From Arcobacteraceae bacterium (GTDB lineage: Bacteria; Campylobacterota; Campylobacteria; Campylobacterales; Arcobacteraceae), in contig CBDCZH010000016.1 of assembly GCA_965224485.1 (NCBI GenBank), positions 244,616-308,615 of the forward strand: 64,000 bases of DNA, given 5' to 3'. The translations under genes and the position numbers were made by a program. Positions 51,371 through 60,512 of this stretch are shown here, one piece after another (position 1 is the stretch's first letter; the number at the start of each line of letters is the position of its first letter). A model generated the notes under the pieces. It did not search any database. It saw only the letters and a program-made list of their open reading frames with translations, and was not told the origin of the DNA.

Positions 51371-51955
51371 ATGAATAAAATAGTAACAAGTCTTTTAAGT
51401 TTATCTTTATTGGCAGCATTTTCATTAAATGCAAGTCCTCATAGTTTGGATACATCTCATTCAAATGTAAGTTTTTCTGTAAAACATTTAATGATTACTA
51501 ATGTAAGAGGTAATTTTAAAACATATGATGGACAAATAGATTTTGATTATAAAACAAAAATATTTAATTCTTTTAAAGCAGTGGTAAAAACAATGTCTGT
51601 TGATACTAAAAATGTAAAAAGAGATAATCATTTGAAAAGTGAAGATTTTTTCTCTTCATCTTCATATCCTGAAATGTCTTTTGTGATGAACTCATATAAA
51701 AAACTTAGTGATGATGAAGGTTTGATGAGTGGAGAGTTGACAATTAAAGGTGTTACAAAAAAAGTTGAATTTGAAGTTGAAGATTTAGGTGTAATAAAAG
51801 ATTTTAAAGGAAATAATAGAGTTGGTTTTACCTTAGAAGCTAAAATTAAAAGAGCTGATTTTGGACTAACTTGGAATAAAGCTTTAGAATTTGGTGGTTT
51901 TGCAGTAGGTGAAAAAGTTAAAATAACTGTTGATGTTGAAGCAGTTGAAAAATAG
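51371..51955 (+). CDS. yceI: YceI family exported protein
   Basis: DTSHSNVSFSVKHL, RDNHLKSEDFF, GELTIKG, KRADFG. Confidence 0.93.
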   Translation: MNKIVTSLLSLSLLAAFSLNASPHSLDTSHSNVSFSVKHLMITNVRGNFKTYDGQIDFDYKTKIFNSFKAVVKTMSVDTKNVKRDNHLKSEDFFSSSSYPEMSFVMNSYKKLSDDEGLMSGELTIKGVTKKVEFEVEDLGVIKDFKGNNRVGFTLEAKIKRADFGLTWNKALEFGGFAVGEKVKITVDVEAVEK

Positions 51956-51990
51956 TATCTATTTAGTAAATTTATAAAGGAGGAAAAACT

Positions 51991-52278
51991 ATGAAAAAAT
52001 TAATGTTGGCTCTTGCCTTTTCTCTTACTTTTATGCTTTCAGCTCATGCTGATATGCCAAAAGATAAGATGGAAAAGAAGATGGAAAAGAAGATGGAAAA
52101 GAAGATGGAAAAGAAGATGGAAAAACCAATGATGAAGAAATCTGGAAATTCATCAATGATGAAAAAAGATGGTTCTTGTGGAACTGGAAAATGTGGCTCA
52201 GATATGAAGAAAAAAATGATGCCTAAATCAAAAGAAACTAAACCAACTGGCTCTTGTGGAGCTGGTAAATGTGGTTGA
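51991..52278 (+). CDS. Small exported Met/Lys-rich protein with two SCGxGKCG motifs (HvfA-like)
   Basis: AAGGAGG RBS; signal peptide ending AHA; (KMEK)x5; SCGTGKCG and C-terminal SCGAGKCG. Confidence 0.85.
   Translation: MKKLMLALAFSLTFMLSAHADMPKDKMEKKMEKKMEKKMEKKMEKPMMKKSGNSSMMKKDGSCGTGKCGSDMKKKMMPKSKETKPTGSCGAGKCG
52066..52125 (+). repeat. 12-bp coding tandem repeat AAGATGGAAAAG x5 (last copy imperfect)
   Basis: Read directly. Confidence 0.95.
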
Positions 52279-52323
52279 TTAAATAGTACACAGGATGTGT
52301 AATACTTATATTTAAGTGAAAGT

Positions 52324-52355
52324 AAAAAAAGGAAGCATTAGCTTCCTTTTTTTTT
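52324..52355 (+). terminator. Intrinsic terminator
   Basis: AAAAAAAGGAAGC-ATTA-GCTTCCTTTTTTT. Confidence 0.85.
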
Positions 52356-52402
52356 AGCTTATTTTTGTATAATGTTATAAATAACTAATATTAAGGAAAA
52401 TA

Positions 52403-52720
52403 ATGAAGTCAATTTTAACTTTTGTTACTGCTATGTTTATAGCATTAGTAATCTCTGGGTGTGCTGGAAGTCATGGAAATATGCAAAAACATGAGCAAAT
52501 GAAATCTTGCAAATGTGATATGAAAAAACAAGATATGAAGTCTTGTAAATGTGCATCTATGAAAGATAAGAAAATGAAGTCTTGCAAATGTGCTGATATG
52601 AAAAAAGATGCTTCTTGCTCTGTTGGTAAATGTGGAGCAGATATGAAGTCTAAAAAGTCTTCAATGTCTTGTGGAGCTGGTAAATGCGGTTCTGGAATGA
52701 AGAAAAAAATAGTTTTTTAA
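52403..52720 (+). CDS. Small Cys/Met/Lys-rich lipoprotein (metallothionein/HvfA-like)
   Basis: Lipobox ISGC; MKSCKC x3; SCSVGKCG; SCGAGKCG; AAGGA RBS. Confidence 0.85.
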   Translation: MKSILTFVTAMFIALVISGCAGSHGNMQKHEQMKSCKCDMKKQDMKSCKCASMKDKKMKSCKCADMKKDASCSVGKCGADMKSKKSSMSCGAGKCGSGMKKKIVF

Positions 52721-52728
52721 AATATATT

Positions 52729-52752
52729 AAAAAAGGGCTTTGGCCCTTTTTT
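52729..52752. terminator. Bidirectional terminator
   Basis: AAAAAAGGGC-TTTG-GCCCTTTTTT between convergent genes. Confidence 0.85.
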
Positions 52753-54095
52753 TATTTGCATAAATCTTTTAATTTCTTTTTTGTATAGAAAAATGCAAAA
52801 ATAGCTGCTGAGTAAATCATAAACAAAATTCCCACAAATAAATATATATAATCTAATTCAAAATATTTTACTATTAAAAAAGCTACTAAAAACTTAGCAA
52901 TTATCTGTCTATATAAACCTATATAAAAAATCATCTTAGGTTGTTTTATAGCTTGTAGGGTTGAGATACAAACAAAAAGAACAATATAAGCATAAAAGAT
53001 CCAAACTTCAACTAAAATATAGTCATAACCAAATTGAACTACACTTAAATTTTTATCAAAAAGTTCTATTAAACTTTTTGCAAATATGTATAAAAATGTT
53101 ATTCCAAAAGTAGAAATTATAAAACCATAGATTAAAGCTGTTTTAACTATGAGATAAACCCTATCATATAATTTAGCACCATAATTGTTAGAAACTAAGG
53201 TAAGTACTGCTGTGCTAAGTCCTAGGGCTGGTAAAAGCATAATCTGTTCAACTCTAAAACCAATTCCATAACCAGCAACTGCATTTACCCCATAATGTGA
53301 AACAAAATATGTTAATAATAAAGAACCTATAGCCATAGTTACCATATTTAAAGAAGCAGGTGTTCCTTGCTTAAAAAATGTTTTGTATATTTTAACATGA
53401 GGTAAAAAGTATCTAAGATTATTAAAATGAATTAGTTTTGTTTGTAATACCTTATAAAACATATAAGACATAGTAACAATTTGAATTAAAACTGTTGCTA
53501 GCGCAATTCCTTGTATACCCATGGCTGGAATAAAAGCAAAACCATAAATAAATAAAGGATTTAATGCCATATTTAAGAAAAATCCCATAATAAGAGTATT
53601 TCTATATGTTTTAGTATCTCCTCTTGAAACTAAAATTGCATTTAAAGCAAAGTTTGTCATGAAAAATACTGTACCCATAAGTATAATATTGATATAAGAA
53701 ACTGAAATATCAAGATATTCCCCACTAGCACCAAGAAGTTGAAATAAATAAGGAGCTAGTATAAAACCAACAAGCATTAAAATAAGACCAATACTTTGCA
53801 AAAAGAAAATACCCTTATGTGCATAAATAGAAGCTAGATGATTTTTCTTTCTACCAAATGAGTTTCCAAGAAGTGCAATAATAGCTGATGAAAAACCATA
53901 ACCCAAGCCAATGATTAGAAAAAATATCATAAAACTAAGAGATAGGGCTGCTATTGCTTTTGTTGAAATTAATCCAGCATAAAAAGTATCTACAACATTA
54001 TACATAGTATTAAAAAACATACCCGTACTAGCTGGAATAGCAATGGATTTTAAAAGTGAGGGAATATCTTGAGTAAGAAGTTTTTTATTTCGCAA
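52752..54095 (-). CDS. MATE family efflux transporter
   Basis: YNVVDTF, RGDTKT, NMALNPLFI, GIQGIALAT, VSNNYGA. Confidence 0.93.
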   Translation of the reverse strand: MRNKKLLTQDIPSLLKSIAIPASTGMFFNTMYNVVDTFYAGLISTKAIAALSLSFMIFFLIIGLGYGFSSAIIALLGNSFGRKKNHLASIYAHKGIFFLQSIGLILMLVGFILAPYLFQLLGASGEYLDISVSYINIILMGTVFFMTNFALNAILVSRGDTKTYRNTLIMGFFLNMALNPLFIYGFAFIPAMGIQGIALATVLIQIVTMSYMFYKVLQTKLIHFNNLRYFLPHVKIYKTFFKQGTPASLNMVTMAIGSLLLTYFVSHYGVNAVAGYGIGFRVEQIMLLPALGLSTAVLTLVSNNYGAKLYDRVYLIVKTALIYGFIISTFGITFLYIFAKSLIELFDKNLSVVQFGYDYILVEVWIFYAYIVLFVCISTLQAIKQPKMIFYIGLYRQIIAKFLVAFLIVKYFELDYIYLFVGILFMIYSAAIFAFFYTKKKLKDLCK

Positions 54096-54149
54096 ATAAG
54101 GCCTTTATTAAAATTTAAATAGTTTAATAAAACAGTAGCCTTTTTAAGA

Positions 54150-55417
54150 CTACTCTTCTATTCTAATCATTACAGGTTTAGATGTAACTGCATTTTTTTC
54201 TTCTAGTTCTTTTAGGGCTTTCTTTATCTCTTTTTCTAAAGAAATATGAGTTGATAAAAGAAGATGAGAACAAGTTTTATTGAAAGGTTTTTGAATCATC
54301 TTTTCAATAGAAATATTATGTTGGGCTAAAATTGAAGTAACTTTTGCTAATGCTCCTGTTTTATCTTCAACCTTAAGTCTTAAATAATATTTTGTTTGAA
54401 TTTTATCTTTTGACATTAAAGTAAGATTTTCTACATTATTTGATTTAAAACCTAACATCGGAGAACCTTTTCCCCTACGTGCAATATCTACAATATTTGC
54501 AATAACAGCAGAAGCAGTAGCGTCACCACCAGCCCCTGCTCCATAATACATAGTTTCACCAACCTTATCTCCTATTACAGAAATACCGTTCATAACACCA
54601 TCTACTTTAGCTAGCATTTGAGAGTCTGGAATAAAAGCTGCATTTACACGAAGTTCAACTTCATTTCCTACTTTTTTAGCAATTGCTAATAATTTTACAC
54701 AATAATTAAACTCTCCTAGCAAATTCAATATCATCAGCTGTAATATTCTCTATACCTTCTATTAAAAATATCTTCAGGTTTTGCATCAATTCCATAAGCA
54801 ATTGAAGCCTAAAATAAGAAGTTTATGTGCAGCATCAAAACCACCAACATCGAATGTTGGATCAGCTTCTGCATAACCTAAATCTTGAGCTTCTTTTAAA
54901 ATTTCATCATATTGTACACCATCATTAATCATACGTGTTAACATATAATTACAAGTACCGTTCATAATACCTTTCATGCTAAGAATATGATTTGCAGTTA
55001 AACCTTCTCTTAAAGCATTTATAATAGGAATTCCACCAGCAACAGCTGCTTCAAACTCAAAAGGAATATCTCCTGCAAGCTCTTGAAGTTCATATCTGTG
55101 ATAAGCTAAAAGTGCTTTATTTGCAGTAACTACTGCTTTACCATTTTTTAAAGCTTTTTTACAACATCATATGCTTTTGTAGTCCCACCCATAAGTTCAA
55201 CTACAATATCAATGCTATCATCTTGCAAAACTTTATCAATATCATCAGTAAGTTCAATATGTACATCTCTTTTTTTATTTAAGTTATTAACTACACCAAT
55301 ACTAGGACAACTAACTCTCTTCCTGCCCGTGCTACAATAATATCTTTTATTATCTCTTAGTATATTAGCAACACTCGATCCAACAGTTCCAACTCCAATT
55401 ATGGCAATTTTTAACAT
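54150..55417 (-). CDS. hom: Homoserine dehydrogenase with C-terminal ACT domain; several apparent indels
   Basis: Fragments [67 protein letters not shown]. Confidence 0.9.
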
Positions 55418-55425
55418 TTTACTTC

Positions 55426-56634
55426 CTATAAACTTTTTAAGTATTTTTTTATATTTTTAGCAGCTTGTCTAATTCTTTTTTCATTTTCTATTAAAGCAAT
55501 TCTTACATATTCATCACCATAATATCCAAATCCAATACCGGGACTAACGGCAACTTTTGCCTTAGTTAATAATTGTTTTGAAAACTCCATAGAACCTAAA
55601 TGTCTAGCTTTTTTGGGTATTTTTGCCCAAATAAACATAGAAGCATTTGGTTTATTCATTTTCCAACCAGCATCTTCAAAAGCTTCAATCATAACATCTC
55701 GTCTATATCTATACTTTTCAATATGCTCTTTTACACAATCTTGTGGCCCATCTAAAGCAACAGTAGCAGCTACTTGAATTGGTGTGAACATTCCATAATC
55801 TAACCATGATTTAATTCTTTTTAAAGCAGTAATTAGTTTTTCATTTCCAACCATAAAACCAACTCTCCAGCCAGCCATATTATATGACTTAGAAAGAGTA
55901 AAACTCTCAACTGCCACATCTAAAGAACCTTTTGCTTGAAAAATTGAAGGTGTTTTATATCCATCAAAAGTAATATCAGCATAAGCAATATCAGAGATTA
56001 TATAAAAGCGCTCTTTTTTAGCTAAATCAACTAGTCTTTGATAAAAATCAGGTCCAATTGTTGCACAAGTTGGATTATGAGGAAAATTAACTAAAACATA
56101 TTTTGCTTTTGGAATTGATTCTCTTAGTGTTTTATTTAAACTTTCAAAAAATTGGTCTTCATCAACAGCATAATCATCACCAAATTTTAGCTCAAAATTA
56201 TGAATTGAAGCACCACTTAGCATAAATGCATAAGAGTGAATAGGGTAAGTTGGATCTGGAACTACTGCTACATCACCTGGATTTACAATAGCTTGAACTA
56301 AGTGTACATATCCTTCTTTACTTCCCATAGTTGCAACTGCGTGTTTATTAGGGTCTAAAAAATCAACATCATATTTTCTTTTATACCAGTTACAAATAGC
56401 AAGTCTTAATTTATAAATTCCTGCACTTACAGAATAACCATGATTTTTATCTTTATTTGCTGTTTCTATTAGTTTATCAACAATGTGTTGGGGTGCTTTT
56501 CCATCAGGGTTTCCCATAGAAAAGTCAATAATATCTTCGCCAGCTCGTCTTGCATCCATTTTAATTTTATTTACTTCTGCAAATACATAATTAGGAAGTC
56601 TTTTCATTCTTTCGAATTCTATTTCATCAAACAT
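55426..56634 (-). CDS. PLP-dependent class I/II aminotransferase (AlaC/LL-DAP aminotransferase-like)
   Basis: RLPNYVF, MGNPD, NFPHNPT, DIAY, SKSYNMAGWRVG. Confidence 0.9.
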   Translation of the reverse strand: MFDEIEFERMKRLPNYVFAEVNKIKMDARRAGEDIIDFSMGNPDGKAPQHIVDKLIETANKDKNHGYSVSAGIYKLRLAICNWYKRKYDVDFLDPNKHAVATMGSKEGYVHLVQAIVNPGDVAVVPDPTYPIHSYAFMLSGASIHNFELKFGDDYAVDEDQFFESLNKTLRESIPKAKYVLVNFPHNPTCATIGPDFYQRLVDLAKKERFYIISDIAYADITFDGYKTPSIFQAKGSLDVAVESFTLSKSYNMAGWRVGFMVGNEKLITALKRIKSWLDYGMFTPIQVAATVALDGPQDCVKEHIEKYRYRRDVMIEAFEDAGWKMNKPNASMFIWAKIPKKARHLGSMEFSKQLLTKAKVAVSPGIGFGYYGDEYVRIALIENEKRIRQAAKNIKKYLKSL

Positions 56635-56637
56635 TTA

Positions 56638-57471
56638 TTAGTCCTTGATTACGACACTTAATCCACGTTTTATATTTATTAAAGTGAAAAGGTCAGATAT
56701 TTTTATATATTTTGTATTATTTGGAATAGAAAGTTTTATTTTTCTATAAATTTTATCTTTTTTAATAACCTCTAGTATGTTCAAATGTTTATCATAAAAT
56801 ACTACATAAGGAGACCATCTATTTAGAATCCTACTTGTAATATATATTTTTTTTGCTTTTTTAACTTTTAAAATATATGGTGTTAAGGGTTTTTTTAAAA
56901 CTATTTTTTCATTATTTAAAATAAATATAGATTCATTAAGTATAGAATCAGTAGTATTTATTTTATAAACCCAAGTATCATTTTCTTCTTTAGTAATTTC
57001 TAATATTCTAGCGTTTTGTTTAAGCAATTCATATGACAATACTAAAGGGTCGATGGCGGCTTCTGTTGTTAGCTTTATTGACCAAAGTAGTCTATCTTGC
57101 CCATCAAAACGAGTTGATTTTGTAAAATAGTAATAATATCCTAAAGACTTCAAAGTGTCTTTTAGTATTTTCAAAGATTTAACAGGGTCTTTATTTACTT
57201 GAAAAGTCACTGTTATATCTTTTGGTTTATCAAATGCTAGTTTTAATAAACCATTTTCTTGAAGTTTTTTTACAATTTGTGTATAGTTTAAAGTATCAGA
57301 AATTATAAAATTACTTCTATTTTTAAAAATAAAATTTATTAAATTATTATGTTTAGTAAAATCCTCTTGTCCTATTAAGTTCTTGATTTTATCATTTAGC
57401 AAGTCAGTCTTAAGGAGATCTGCTTGCAAAGTAAAAGTTAAAAGTACTAAAAGTAAAAGAGTTTTAAACAT
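56638..57471 (-). CDS. Exported hypothetical protein
   Basis: Signal peptide, 277-aa ORF within an operon. Confidence 0.75.
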   Translation of the reverse strand: MFKTLLLLVLLTFTLQADLLKTDLLNDKIKNLIGQEDFTKHNNLINFIFKNRSNFIISDTLNYTQIVKKLQENGLLKLAFDKPKDITVTFQVNKDPVKSLKILKDTLKSLGYYYYFTKSTRFDGQDRLLWSIKLTTEAAIDPLVLSYELLKQNARILEITKEENDTWVYKINTTDSILNESIFILNNEKIVLKKPLTPYILKVKKAKKIYITSRILNRWSPYVVFYDKHLNILEVIKKDKIYRKIKLSIPNNTKYIKISDLFTLINIKRGLSVVIKD

Positions 57472-57486
57472 TTTATATCTTTGTAG

Positions 57487-58176
57487 TTAGTTTTTTAGTG
57501 TATACATTAAAATAGCAGCTGCTACTGATACATTTAAAGAATCAAAATCATTTGACATAGCAATAGATACTTTTAAATCAAGTTTATTTGCAACTTTATT
57601 AGTAAGACCAGAACCCTCACTACCTAAAAATAAAGCAACTTTATCAGTTTTTTCTATTTTTCCATATTTTTTTAAATCAACTCCATCAGTTGTAGCACCA
57701 ATTAGGGTAAATCCAGATTGTTTTAATTCATTTGCTACATCTAAAGTATTTGTAGTTTTACAAAAAGGAATGTCTAACATAGCTCCTGAGCTAGTTCGTA
57801 CAAGACCTGATTCTTTTAGAGTTTTAATTCCTGAGGCAATAACTCCATCTATTCCTAAAGAGTGAGCAGATCGTAAAATTGCTCCAATATTTCCTACATC
57901 AGTTAATCCATCAAGAACAACAACAAAGTTTAAATCTTTCATATCTTGAAATGAAGTATACTCATAAATTGATATTTTTAAAAAATAACCTTGATGATTT
58001 CCACCTTTTGCTAAAGCTTGCGCTTTTTGATTATCAAGTTTATTTATTTTCTTTCCAAGTTTTAAAAACTTTGGAAATACCTTTTTATCTATCTCTTTTG
58101 AGAAAAATACTTCTTCTATTATTTCGGGGTGCTTATCGAGTACGTAAAATACTACTTGTTTTCCATATATTATCAT
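57487..58176 (-). CDS. rlmB: 23S rRNA Gm2251 methyltransferase (SPOUT)
   Basis: NHQG, DVGNIGAILRS, GSEGSG, SLNVSVA. Confidence 0.92.
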   Translation of the reverse strand: MIIYGKQVVFYVLDKHPEIIEEVFFSKEIDKKVFPKFLKLGKKINKLDNQKAQALAKGGNHQGYFLKISIYEYTSFQDMKDLNFVVVLDGLTDVGNIGAILRSAHSLGIDGVIASGIKTLKESGLVRTSSGAMLDIPFCKTTNTLDVANELKQSGFTLIGATTDGVDLKKYGKIEKTDKVALFLGSEGSGLTNKVANKLDLKVSIAMSNDFDSLNVSVAAAILMYTLKN

Positions 58177-58994
58177 AAAGAGATTTTAGCTAAAAGTTCT
58201 TGATAAACCTCTTTTGTCTTTCGTCCACTTAATTTAGCAAGCAGTTTTGCTTTTGTTTTGGGAGCTAGGTCTAAGTCCTCTAAGTCTTCTATTGTAATGT
58301 TTTGACCACTTAATTCAAGTGCTTGTATTACAATAACCCATTCGCCTTTAATATTTTCATTTTTTAAAAGTTCGTAGATATTTTTAGCAGAATTTTTATA
58401 TGTTTTTTGAAATTTTTTACTTATCTCTTTTACGACAAAGATTATTCTATTTTCATCATATTGTGATATTTCTTCTAAAGTTTTTAAAAGTCTATGAGGA
58501 GATTCATATAAAATTGGCATAATATAACTTGACATTACTTCATCTAGTTGTGAAACTCTAGTTTTTCCCTTATGGTCTAAAAAACCAAAAAAAGTAAACT
58601 TTGTATCTTGAAAACCACTCATAGCAAAAGCAGTTAATACAGCGTTTGCACCAGGAAGTACATCATAAGCTAAGTTATTTTTAAGTGCAAAATCAACTAA
58701 AGAAGCACCAGGGTCTGAAACACAAGGCATTCCAGCATCAGATACATAAACAATATTTTTATCAAAATCATCTTTTGATAACTTAGATAAAACATTTTTT
58801 TCATTATGAGAGTGAAAGGATTTAAATTCGCAACAAGGGAAGTTTAGATTGTATTTTTCTTCTAAGAGGAAAAGAAGTCTTTTAGTAACACGAGTATCTT
58901 CACAAAATATTAGTTCCGCTCCCAATAAGGCGTCTAAAGAACGCTTAGAAATATCTTCTAAGTTTCCTATTGGAGTAGGAACTAATATAAGCAT
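58173..58994 (-). CDS. rsmI: 16S rRNA C1402 2'-O-methyltransferase
   Basis: PTPIGNLEDI, EDTR, SDAGMPCVSDPG, YESPHR. Confidence 0.96.
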   Translation of the reverse strand: MLILVPTPIGNLEDISKRSLDALLGAELIFCEDTRVTKRLLFLLEEKYNLNFPCCEFKSFHSHNEKNVLSKLSKDDFDKNIVYVSDAGMPCVSDPGASLVDFALKNNLAYDVLPGANAVLTAFAMSGFQDTKFTFFGFLDHKGKTRVSQLDEVMSSYIMPILYESPHRLLKTLEEISQYDENRIIFVVKEISKKFQKTYKNSAKNIYELLKNENIKGEWVIVIQALELSGQNITIEDLEDLDLAPKTKAKLLAKLSGRKTKEVYQELLAKISL

Positions 58995-59008
58995 GTAAGA
59001 CTAAGGTC

Positions 59009-59212
59009 TTATTTAGCAGCTGCGTATTTAGCTTTGAATTTCTCAACTCTACCAGCAGCATCAACAATTTTTTGCTCTCCAGTAAAAAATGGGTGACAAG
59101 CATTACAAATGTCAAGTCTCATAGTTTCTACTGTTGTTCTAGTTTCGAATGTATTTCCACAAGCACAAGATACTGCACAAGTTTTGTAATCTGGGTGAAT
59201 GTCTTTTCTCAC
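59009..59212 (-). CDS. rpmE: 50S ribosomal protein L31 (Zn-binding type)
   Basis: [25 protein letters not shown]. Confidence 0.98.
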   Translation of the reverse strand: MRKDIHPDYKTCAVSCACGNTFETRTTVETMRLDICNACHPFFTGEQKIVDAAGRVEKFKAKYAAAK

Positions 59213-59231
59213 GTTAATTCCTTAATGTTTT

Positions 59232-59281
59232 TATATGTAACAAAAGGTCAAGTCTTGTTTGTTGCCCTTTATTAGCATATA
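59232..59281 (-). promoter_or_regulatory. Long stem-loop in the rpmE 5' leader
   Basis: About 19-bp interrupted stem between a TATAAT (59297-59302, minus strand) and the RBS. Confidence 0.6.
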
Positions 59282-59303
59282 TTAAAATGGAAGACGATTA
59301 TAT

Positions 59304-60176
59304 CTAAAAACGCTTAAGTATATCTGAACTTAGATTCTTAAGATTATTTGAACAAATATCGTTTTTAAATTGTCCTTTGTTAAAAGTTACCTGTCTTTTA
59401 GCTAATTTAGTAGTATTTAAAGCAATCTTTTCTTCTAATTGTAAGAGAGTTAATTTCCCATCAAGATATTCTAGTGTTTCAATAATACCAATTGAATTCA
59501 TAGCATTAAAACTTCTATCGTATTTCTTTTCTAAAAAAACCACTTCATTTATGATACCTTCTTCAATCATCTGTTTTGTTCTTAGTTTAATTCTTTGTCT
59601 TAATTCTTCTCTTGGCCATAAAATTTCAAATATCTCAAGATTAGGAGCTAGGGGAACTTTTGGATTATTTAAAAAATACGCACTTGGAATTTGCTTTGAC
59701 TTTTTATATATAGTATAAGCTTTTTTAATTCTATATGTATCATTACATGATATATTTTTCATATAAGTTTCATCTATTTTAAAAAGTTCATCATAAACTT
59801 CCTTAAGGGTTTTATCAAATTTTACATCTTCATTGAAACCAGGACTCAATCCATCTTTTAAAACTTTTAAGTAAAAACCTGTTCCTCCTACAATGATAAG
59901 ATTTTTTTTATTTTTTAAAGCATAGTTTTTAGCTTCTTCATATGTTTTTAAAAACTCAGTAACATCATACTTTTGGTTTACATAAACTTCATTTATTCCA
60001 AAATGTTTAATATTTTTTTTTTCTTCATCTTTTGGTTTTGCAGAAGCTATATCTATTTCTTTATAAACACTCAAAGAATCAAGAGATAAAATTACAGAGT
60101 TTGTTTTAAGTGCAATATCAATTGATAGTGAAGTTTTTCCAGATGCAGTAGGACCAATTATAGCAATTTGTTTCAT
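59304..60176 (-). CDS. miaA: tRNA dimethylallyltransferase
   Basis: GPTASGKT, DSLSVYK, SAKP, VGGTGFY, AKRQVTF. Confidence 0.96.
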   Translation of the reverse strand: MKQIAIIGPTASGKTSLSIDIALKTNSVILSLDSLSVYKEIDIASAKPKDEEKKNIKHFGINEVYVNQKYDVTEFLKTYEEAKNYALKNKKNLIIVGGTGFYLKVLKDGLSPGFNEDVKFDKTLKEVYDELFKIDETYMKNISCNDTYRIKKAYTIYKKSKQIPSAYFLNNPKVPLAPNLEIFEILWPREELRQRIKLRTKQMIEEGIINEVVFLEKKYDRSFNAMNSIGIIETLEYLDGKLTLLQLEEKIALNTTKLAKRQVTFNKGQFKNDICSNNLKNLSSDILKRF

Positions 60177-60185
60177 ATATTTGTT

Positions 60186-60380
60186 TTATTTCTTCATTTG
60201 TTTAAAAGCAATAAAAGGAAACAGAATTACAGAAGGAGGAACAAAAATTAGAGCAATTATCCAAATAATTTTATTTGTACTATTTGTAAATTCACTCATT
60301 AATGTTTTTATAAAAGCATATATCCATAAGATAAATACTAAAAGATAAATAATAATAGCAAGTCCAGCTAACTCAAACAT
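60186..60380 (-). CDS. Small membrane protein, PLDc N-terminal-like
   Basis: Two TM segments, NKIIWIIALIFVP. Confidence 0.75.
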   Translation of the reverse strand: MFELAGLAIIIYLLVFILWIYAFIKTLMSEFTNSTNKIIWIIALIFVPPSVILFPFIAFKQMKK

Positions 60381-60447
60381 ATTTTTTCCTATTTTATATA
60401 TATAATTAGTTTTATTGTATTAAAAATTGTTTAAGAGGGTAATTAAA

Positions 60448-60461
60448 TTGATAGATGTCAA
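60448..60461 (+). promoter_or_regulatory. FNR/Crp-family (Nss-type) box
   Basis: TTGAT-AGAT-GTCAA upstream of TATAAT at 60484-60489. Confidence 0.65.
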
Positions 60462-60512
60462 AACCTTATGCTTCTTTTTTGAATATAATAATCAAAATTA
60501 AAAGGAATATCA

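Noticed and set aside
42846..52720. Copper cluster as a mobile island
   Set aside because: No integrase, transposase, flanking tRNA or terminal repeats seen
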